From Pelomyxa schiedti (lineage: Eukaryota; Protista; Evosea), in contig JAHLWZ010000993.1 in the NCBI GenBank assembly GCA_020536535.1, positions 1 to 32,193 of the forward strand: a stretch of 32,193 nt of DNA. Direction: 5' to 3'. The notes under the pieces were generated by a model. That model saw nothing but the letters and a program-made list of their open reading frames with translations, made no database searches and was not told the origin of the DNA. This document shows positions 23,371 through 32,193 of the stretch, piece after piece; within the stretch, counting starts at the first letter, position 1; every line of letters begins with the position of its first letter. A program made the position numbers and the translations under genes.

Positions 23371-24248
23371 TTATGAGGACGAGGGTGAGTACATGTTGTC
23401 TTGGCGGTAGGGTGTTGAAGTTTGTGGGTCGGCCGATTGTGGTGGAGGTCGAAACACGGTTTGTACTCCTTTGTCTGTGACCACTTTGACTGTGCAGTGG
23501 TAAATAAACAAAGTAAAAACGGAGAAGAGAAAGGAAAGAAAAAGGGAATGATCGTACTAATGAAATGCGGAGCATTGAGGAGAAGTCGCTTTTGTATTTC
23601 CGCCACAGCTCTCTGTAGCAACTCAAGCCCCTCTGGCAAAGTCATATCCTTCCTCCAGTATTTGTCAAATAAACCCAGGACAAACATCCCACCGTAGCCG
23701 TGCGCAGCAAACGGCACCCTCTGCATATTCCCAAGGTAATCAACGAAGTACAAGGAAGACTTGTTTCCTTTATCCAAACCACCAATAAGCACGTTGCACA
23801 TGAAAGGGCCATGGCGAATAGCATAAGCTAGCTCCTCTCTCACCCAACTAGCTGTTGCTTGGGTGGACAACTTAACACCTATTTTCACGTTAATACATAA
23901 TCGTTTTTAATCAAATTGTAAGCAATAAGCAAAATTGATAGCGTATCGGCGGGGCTAAAACATTACAATTTACGAATACCAATTATTGCATTTATTTTAT
24001 CGTGATTTTTTTTCCCCCCGCTCCTTTTTACCTGTCCTTAAGGTATGCAGGGTTATGTTCTTCTGAGTGTATTGGCAAAATTGCCCCCTGTCGGCATCTT
24101 CGCCCTGGCATGCCATAATTTTGTTGTCGTCGAGCTTGAAGGTCTTGTCTTCGTCATTCTTGAGCACGAATATAGATCTGCTGCACGTGCTGTCGCTAGC
24201 CACCAACACCCATCCCGGTCCGCTAATACCCAGCACAGAGTCCGTCAT
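23371..24248 (-). CDS. PSMB2: 20S proteasome subunit beta-4 (PSMB2/PRE1), 3 exons
   Basis: MTDSVLGISG...VLKNDEDK...GEDADRGQFCQYTQKNITL, VREELAYAIR, YFVDYLG, FAAHGYG, AEIQKRLLLN. Confidence 0.93.
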
Positions 24249-24897
24249 CACTGTTTGTTTTTGGTTTTTCTTTGTTTTTATTTTTTTTTCCGAGTTTTTC
24301 CTTTCTGAAGTGCCGAGACGTTTGACAGGTTTTGTTCTTGGCGTGCTTTGTAGGGATATCCACCCGAAGGGATGTGTGGTAAAGTTGGAGTCCTGAAGCG
24401 ATTACAACATCGAAAACTGGGTTCGGTTCCCTCATACTCCACGGTTCCCCCTAATTCCTTACAAATCGGCTGCGTTATTTATTATTTATACCTCAGGTAA
24501 ATAATGGCGACGATGCCTGAACAGAGGACGAATGCTTGGTAGCCACTGAATACATAATCTCTAACACTCAGTCATTTTGGCCTCAGTGGTTCAGGAGTTG
24601 AAGACAAGGGTGGATGTGTTGCTTCCAAGTGCACATTACACTACAATCTCGTATCAATGGATTGCTGGTATGGCCCCCCTCCTTGCATTACAGCATTTTT
24701 GGTACGCAGCTCGTCTTCTGAATCCCCTACTGTATCTCGCACTGCCGGGGTTCGACAGAGAGGAGGCCATAAAAACTCAACACAAAACAACCCTAAATGT
24801 TCATCCTTTGGGAAATGATGGGATGACTGTTTATCTTACTCATGCCACAAGAGCACGAATTGGTATTTTCATTTATTTTTGGTGTTTTTGAGAGACG

Positions 24898-27402
24898 ATG
24901 GAGGGCGACAACCACAGTGCACCGGAGATCCTGGACGAGATCCTCTGTTCCGCTATTTGTAGACTGGGTAGATCTTTACCGTCTTTTCTCCTTAACACAC
25001 AACTACATTGTGCAGTGCATGTGCCACCACGTAACGTTAACAACTACAAAGGGGGCGCGGAACCGGGTGCGTTGAGCGCTGTTGTTGCTCAGAACGAGAC
25101 GGGATTGACAACTGCGAGGTGTGCCATTGATGACTTTGACGGCCGATTTGCGCCGAGTGACGAGCAGTCGACGGCAAGACCGGCGCTCGAGCCGATCAAA
25201 TTGAAGAGGGATGTGCTGGAGGGCACGCTAGTTCCTGAAAAACTGCTCCAAGAGAGGACCGAACCCCTGCCCCTGTGTGGATTTGATTCCCTTTGTGACA
25301 AGTTATCCGTGGTACTGCCACTCGTTCTGGGACTCGCGTCTCTTTAATTCCCTGTTTAAAAGGACGACATTCCTGAGAGTGAATTGCGACTACTTGTCGA
25401 GGACATGAAGAAGTGTGTTGGTGCTGTGAAGGAAACATTGCAAAAAACCGAGCTTCATCGTGATGATGAACAAGTGGAATCCATTCTGCACTTGTTGGTA
25501 TCAATTTCCGAAGAGATCATTCCAGTATGTGCACACGAAAAAAGCTATGACTGATCTCTATTAAAACTCTCTTTCCCAGTTGGCCAAAGTTCCAGATCTC
25601 TCGTCTACTATAGAACGATTGAATAAAGAAACTGTGCTTCCACTCCAACAAAGATATGAGGAGTCCAAAGCAGCCCGCAGCACCATCGACCCGCTTGCCA
25701 ACCCAGAAGCTGTAAGTAGATCCTTTTGTTTTTATCATCAACTGGAGTTAGTACTGTGAGGAAGACAACAACTGCTTCTCGGCCCGTGACAAAATGATCA
25801 AAGATCATTCCATCTTGGACGGTATCCACAAATACGCTGAAGAGAACTTACATTTTAAGTACATGTCTCCTTTTTTTTTTTTTTGCAAAAAGTAAACTGT
25901 TGCTCACATCTTCCCAGGGGTGTTAATAAAAATCTTCATGAAGACTTGGAACACACCACTTCTGCAGCACTACAGTCTTTGGAAGCCGAACATTCAATAG
26001 ACACTGTTGATATAACGTACTCCAGTACCATTTCCTGAAAGGCGAATTCTCACTTCGAAAAACAGGTGCATTGAAAATGGATGTGTCGAACTTGGTAAAG
26101 AATTGGAGTCAGTAATCACAGATCTATCAAAAAGAAAGATGGCGCTGTTAAAAAGACGGGAAAAGGGGGAAAAGGACGTTCAGATTATGGAGTTGCTTAT
26201 GGCAGCTCTTTTGGTGAGTACCCTCTAAGATTCATTTTCAAATGCCTGACTTTTTCCCGTTGCAGAAAAAACACCGAGATCAAGTCGAAGAAAACAAGCA
26301 TGATACCAAAGAAATTGATCTTATTGATTCCCACATCACTCCCGAAACTGGGACCCTGCATGCAGAACAGTCTTCAAAACTGGAAGTTGCCGAGGCCCGT
26401 ATAAAGCAGCTTTCCATTCGGGTCCATTTTACCCCTTTGTTTTGTCCTCGATAATCTCACTCAGAACGAGGACTGCACTTGGCGAATGGAAGCCTGGAAA
26501 ACAGTACAAAAAGCCAGTACTTTCCTCCAATCCTGCGAGCAGGTTACTTAAGCTGAAGAAAGAAAGAGAACTTCCTGGCCAATTTTTTGTTATACACAGA
26601 TAATGAAGACCCGGGCAGATGAATATTTCAGTGCACACCAAACCGAGTTGAATCACCTCCGAGAACAACTTCTTATGCTACTGGAAGAACTTAGTATATT
26701 AGATAAATTGAGTAAACAGCAACTAACTCCATCACCAACAGCTGTCAAGCAATCGGACTGCAATCATCAGGTAGAATTCATATGAATTACCTTACTTTTG
26801 CCTAACTCTCTACCAGTTGACTCTCCTCAAAGAAAAAGTTGCTTCTGAAGAAAACAAACAACTTCAATGCATCAAGACAAGTCATAGAATATCTGATAAG
26901 CAACGGGAAGGGTTGGCTTCCAAAAAGGAAGATGTGGTGTGTTTCCCTCTCACACAATATGCACTGAATGAATCCCATGCAGAGAAAAATGGAAGAACTC
27001 CGGGATCACCTTACAGACAAGATCGGATTCCTGCAAGACTACCACACCCAGCTCATGGTGGACGCTCTTAAAGGAGAGAAAAAAGAAGTCTGCGGTAGCT
27101 CTTCAAATGAGCCTGCACCGAAAATGACTGATCTGGAGGTTCACACAAAATCTGGCACTCACCATTGGAAGAATGCCGTTGAAGGTTGTTATTCCCAGTA
27201 TCATTGCACATACACTGACCATTTACAACCAGTTATGGGCATCGTCTCCGCAACCCGGTCATTCAACCTGCTTAAAGAAGAGTTAGAACGAGACAAGGTG
27301 AAGATGGAAGAGAAACAGCGAGAGATCAAGAGACTGACGGAGTACCTCGAGTCCCAAGCCCGACAGCAACCACTTTTCCTGCCCGGTTCCGGCCTGGAGT
27401 GA
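24898..27402 (+). CDS. Hypothetical coiled-coil protein (multi-exon); 5' end could extend towards ~24.5 kb
   Basis: Chain of + strand exons rich in E/K/Q/L heptads (e.g. LLKEELERDKVKMEEKQREIKRLTEYLESQ) separated by short GT-AG introns. Confidence 0.7.
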
Positions 27403-27828
27403 GCCTCATTTCCTCATCTTCCTCTTGGCCTACACTCTTCATCCCTCTCCCCTACAAAAGCTGATTTAAACAAAACATTCCCCATAATCCCACTTTGTCG
27501 ACCAGCAACGCACCTATTTCTTGCCCGGGTTTACTCGGCGCCCAAGCGCCAGTACATAGTGTGTTCAGTCGATTGTTTTGGGAGTAAAGAAGGTCCGCCA
27601 GTCAACAAAAGGACCGGAGGCCGATACCCACTCCCCAAAGCTAGTGCGATTTAATTCCACCCCACATACACAGTGTTGTTTGTTGAGGGTGAAGGTAGAA
27701 TGCCACATTTGATACTGACACTAGCCAGTACAGAATTGAGGTTCTATTTTTATTTGTTTATGTAGTTTCTGGTGGTGTGGTGAAGTCTGTGGGTGGGGTT
27801 GTGTAATGTTGGAACTACGGAATTAGCT

Positions 27829-30800
27829 TCACAAATAGTGGGCATTTTGTGACAGCCAATCAGCCAAAACAGTGTAGGATTTAACCTTGTTGGGGTTAGA
27901 GTGAATTTGTAATGTGTTGTTGCGCATACCTGCGGTTGTGACTGGATGAGGGAAGTGATGCATCTTAGGAAGTACTGCTTGGGGTCAAGTGCCCCTATAA
28001 AGCGTACAGAAGGTTTGGATTCATCTGGGAGAGCGCATTTGAGTTGTGCAAAAGCGAGATCTGAATAGTTGGAGTTGTTAGTGGGCACCTGATCTAATTT
28101 TCAAGTTTGGTGTGATACCTTCATCATCCACTGCTTCCTCTCCATCATCATCCTCCTCGTTTACCCAAGGTGGGGTTTGCAACAATTGGATTATCAGCAT
28201 AACCAGCTGGCACCTAGAGAAAGATAGTCAGGTAGAGGCACCAAATTTACTTGACACTCACCATAATGTTGAAATAGATGGAGAAAATAGATTGGGAAAG
28301 CTGCAAACAATTTTCGTGGCGGCAGTGGCTGCTGCTGACCGTTCTTCGTTCATAAGATATGGTGCTCGTTTCAATAACAGATCAATGTTTTGAAGAAACG
28401 ATCTGCACAGAAGAATCAAAAAAAAGAATGAAAACGAGCAGAGAAACTACCCAGGTTGAACCCCTTCAAAAAAACTGGTGATAGTTGGGGGATCATACTT
28501 CAAAACGAATAGGGAGAAAAAGAAAACAGTCAAGTCATGCAGAGTCGCACTTTGCTTCAAAGGCTGTAATGATACTACACACTGCCGAAGATGGTTATAA
28601 CACTTTGGCCTGAGGAAAAGGTCATTGAGGGATGGTAGGAGGGTAAACCTTACAAATCAAGAAACATCAACAAGTTATTTAATAAGGAGAAAGCTTCAGG
28701 AAGAAGATATTTGCGCCGAATAAGCTGTTGGAAGAACCGCAGGATGTCATCCAGGCAACTTCCCACATCCACAGATTTTCTGTTGGTCTACATGAGAAAC
28801 AGGCGGGCATCCAACAAAAAGAGAAAGTACCTGATGCACGCACAGAGAAATTGATTTAAAGGTATACTCAGGCCTTCGTTGCCAAGAAGTGATCCAGTGG
28901 TTTTGGGTAAAAGGTTGGCACACACAGTTGGAGTGGTAGCTGACTGAGTTGCAACCACCGTGAAAAGTTGCAAAATGTATCCAATAAAATCTATAACACA
29001 TGTCATGGTAGGGAGAAAAGCGAAGGAAAATGTACCAGTGTGTGAAGAAATGAAATAAACTATAAGGTTCAGGACCTTTGTTTCAAGTAAAGACATCAAA
29101 AGAGTGTCAGTTGATATGAGGCTGAGGGGAAATGAAGTAAACAAACATCCATTAGACCGTGAAACTTTTTCTTTCAAAATTAGAGACGAACGAACCAGGT
29201 AACTCTTGCAGTTGCCTCAAAAAAGTGATGTGTGAATTCAATTGGAACCCCAATCTGCAGCATCAGTTTGCAAACGGATGATAAGCTCTCAATTAAGAGA
29301 GAAGCTATTTCTCGTGTAATTGAATCGAGTGACATCAATGCCTTCATAAGAGCTTCAGGAAGGAATTAGGGAGAAATCAGTGAGCGACCTTGTTCGAAAC
29401 CAAAGTTTTTACGGGAGAAATAGGTCAAACCTTTCATTGCTTGTGCTCGAGAACAAGGGGAGTTAAGCGCACCAATCAAATTAACGAGTGCCGGTGAAGA
29501 AATATCATTTCGGATTTGTTGGGCGAGTCTGGGTTTTTTTTATCAACAAATTGGGAAAAACCGGTACAGTTACAACCTCAAAAAAATGTGTGATAAAGCT
29601 ATCGAAGAATATGCTTGTATTACGCCATTTGGAGACCTGAGCAATCCAATAATCGTCATGCACAATGATTGTTCTGATTCTGGAGACAGTTTTGGGGCAA
29701 CCTTTGTTGGCTCTAAGAATTATTCAAAAAATAAGGGAAATTACAAAGGGATAAAAAAAGTCCAGAAATTTGAGACACGACGCTACAACAACCGTCGAAG
29801 AAGCTGCTGCAATCTCAGGAAGGATGAATGAAGAGAAGAAGCTATCAATTGGTGAGTTTCGGTTCACCTTCACAAAGTGAGCGGGTGACATCCTGAGGGA
29901 CAAAAAAGGCAACAGTGAGGGTGCAATCAAGGGACTGGGAGTCACACACCCCTTTATAGACATACTGATGAATACGAAAACAGCAGCTTCTTTCGTAATC
30001 CAGATCGTCTCCGCTGGTTGGTTCTGTACGCAAAGAAACTGTAAAAGTTGGGTGGTTACCTAAAACGAGGTACCTGAAGACTGTTGTTCAAAGAGTGCAT
30101 GAGTAATTCAGTTGTTGCTTTTTCATTGTACCCACATAGTGATTGGATCTATCACAGCATCACGAAAGTTTATGAGAGGGGTTTAGGATTACGAGCTCAA
30201 GCAACTTTCTTCGGCGTGTATGGGAGTCGTACCCTTCCATATCCCGTCTAATAAATTCCTCTGGGTCTTCTTCCAGGATCTGCAACTCCGTTTCTAAAAA
30301 TTCACATGAAAAATGAATCACTGGCTAAGTAGAATGCACCCACCACAAAGAGGAGAATTACGAACTACAGACACACACAGTTTACTGTGCAGTTCAGGTG
30401 TATACAACGACTTGATTTCAGGACTCCGGAAAACTGCAGACCAAAATTTGCAGGTCAAAATAAATATCTGCAATGTGAATAAACAACAGAAGTCGGAAAA
30501 AATGGAAAGTAAAGACATTATCATGGTATTGCCTGGTTGTCAGACTCGTGAACAAATCCAAAAAAGTAGTCAATAAACATGAACATAAAGGACTTCCAAC
30601 TTGTCGTGGAAGAACCAAGTAAGACAGGCAACACTTGCAGCAATTCTCCTTGAGCTTGGCAATACCTGCAGGCTCCTTGGGGGAGGAGAGGGATAAGAAT
30701 AACGTGGCTGCAAGCAAGTGTAATACCAATGTTTCACTTGGTGGAGGGTTCCACTCCAAGCATTTGATAATGCTCCCACACCACTGAGGAATGGGAAGAT

Positions 30801-31797
30801 CAGTAACATCACACATCAAAATTTTGTGGTGCAATTTAATGGCGAGTTTCAGGCACTTGAAAGAAGTAAGAGTCATTGCCATAGAGCGTGTTTCTCACTT
30901 GGATTAGGTCATTTGAGGGATTTCCCAAAGATGGTGTTAAATTATTCAAGAGCGCTAACAGAGGAGGAGCAACAAATGAGGAAAACTGTTGCATCTGAGC
31001 ACGTAGTTCGGAATCAGACAGAGGGTCAGAGAAAAACCTTGTGGTGTATTAAAGGGACAATTGCACTACTGTAATTTGACTTTGCCTGCTGCCTAAGGCA
31101 AGAACAATAGTGAGGCTCCCTTGAATCCCTCTTATAGAGGAAAAATCAGTGAATTTTTCAATTAAGGCCTGTGTAGAAAATAAGTTCATTTTTTTGTGGG
31201 TTATTAATGTAACTGGTAATAGAAGACCCCAAGTAGTAGGGCGCTCACGCTTCGCCATTAAAGAGAGTGCTGCTCTTAACTGTTTCAGCTGAGAATGATG
31301 TGTGAAGTCACTCAATGTCAACACCAGTCCCACCACATTTGTAATCAGTGCATATCTTTCATCTTGCGACAAGCACTTGAAGAAAAAGGATTAGAGGTGG
31401 AGTGTTACTGTGGGGTTTTTCTTTATATTTTTTTAGAAATAGACAACGTGCACACAACCAACTGTTAACAGCAAAGAGGAAATTATATTCGTTACAAATG
31501 GAAAAAAGGAAGCACACGCACCGCATGCCAATTGCTTCTGGAAATGAAATTTCTGAACAACACGGCGGCGGAGGCACCACACTGTTCCTGTGACCCCACG
31601 ATGGCCAATAGATCCGCAACCACTGCCGCACTGCAACTGCACGCCGAGGGCGACGGCGCCGCGCTGGCGTCGCTGCTCCCCGTGGGGATCCCGAGCACCG
31701 ACAACAGGTGCGCCTCAGCATCTCGTCGCGGCAACGACGCGTCCACGCGCAGCCCCGCCGACACTTCAACCAGAACACGCAGTTGCTCGCCCTGCAT
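27829..31797 (-). CDS. CSE1: Divergent CSE1/exportin-2-like importin-beta family protein
   Basis: IBN_N-like RRDAEAHL...AAVLFRNFISRSNW; QLRAALSLMAKRERPTTW; EEDPEEFIRRDMEG; WITKEAAVFVF; FFSSFILPEI; VIQAYSSIAL; YSDLAFAQ...DPKQYF, colinear with CSE1 motifs. Confidence 0.75.
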
Positions 31798-31877
31798 GCC
31801 CCACCCAATAGATTGCTGATTTGTAGATCAAAGCTGGGGCCCGTTCCATGAATATCCCACGGAGAGCGAAAGGGGGA

Positions 31878-32179
31878 CATTTTGCGTGTGTTGTTCTGAC
31901 GCGTTGAACGCCCGAACAAGCGCAACGCCCGAACAAGCGCAACGCCCGAACAACGTGTAAGATTCGAAAGGGTGAAGGAAATCTAGCCACAGTACGAAAA
32001 CACTTCGAACCCGGGTCCCGTTTGGTCGATCTTTGTAGTTGCATGGATAGACATCACCCCCAACACCTAGTTTCAATTGTTCGGGTTGCGCTTGTTCGGG
32101 CGTTCAACGCGTCTGAACAACACACGCAAAATGCGTAAGTCTAGGGGATCGAAATCCTGCGGGGCTACCGAACTTTTTG
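31878..32179. mobile_element. Foldback/MITE-like element, copy 2 (left arm truncated)
   Basis: Left arm starts at cattttgcg (31878); core 31955-32002 identical to copy 1; right arm 32077-32179 is the reverse complement of 3714-3816 apart from small indels. Confidence 0.8.
31907..31953. repeat. 17 bp tandem repeat (aacgcccgaacaagcgc) x ~2.8 at the inner end of the left arm
   Basis: Units at 31907, 31924 and 31941 (partial). Confidence 0.85.
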
Positions 32180-32193
32180 TTTTCTTTTCTTTT

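Noticed and set aside
8633-24248. Functional cluster or operon linking the neighbouring genes
   Set aside because: Unrelated housekeeping functions in mixed orientations; proximity reflects genome compaction
24504-24891. Separate small gene upstream of the coiled-coil gene
   Set aside because: Splice-like sites exist, but alternative frames give no convincing product; may be 5' exons or UTR
27577-27639. Possible structured RNA or SECIS between convergent genes (tttgggagt/actccccaaa, ggtcc/ggacc)
   Set aside because: Short imperfect stems expected by chance; no AUGA/GA quartet and no in-frame TGA needing recoding
31907-31953. CRISPR-like array
   Set aside because: Units are directly tandem with no unique spacers, and there are no cas genes in this eukaryotic context

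Overview
Compact, intron-dense eukaryotic DNA with many ~40-80 nt GT-AG introns and intergenic gaps of a few hundred bases. The Entamoeba-type transmembrane kinase and overall style suggest an amoebozoan or archamoeba (inference only). The ORF track shows only exon fragments, so genes were rebuilt by manual splicing. Genes in order: unresolved hypothetical genes (1-3.5 kb), a multi-pass membrane protein, a 19-exon gene fusing a NEIL1-type Fpg/Nei glycosylase to a family-1 uracil-DNA glycosylase (UNG), AP-1 mu subunit, a BAR-like/PH protein, a large Cys-rich receptor kinase, a bacterial-type PHP phosphoesterase, a Ras GTPase, proteasome beta-4 (PSMB2/PRE1), a coiled-coil protein and a divergent CSE1/exportin-2. 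Two copies of a ~280-300 bp non-coding foldback element (3.7-4.0 kb and 31.9-32.2 kb) share an identical 48 bp core, but their arm alleles are swapped relative to that core. The NEIL1-UNG fusion is the main candidate novelty; the flip-flop foldback element is second.
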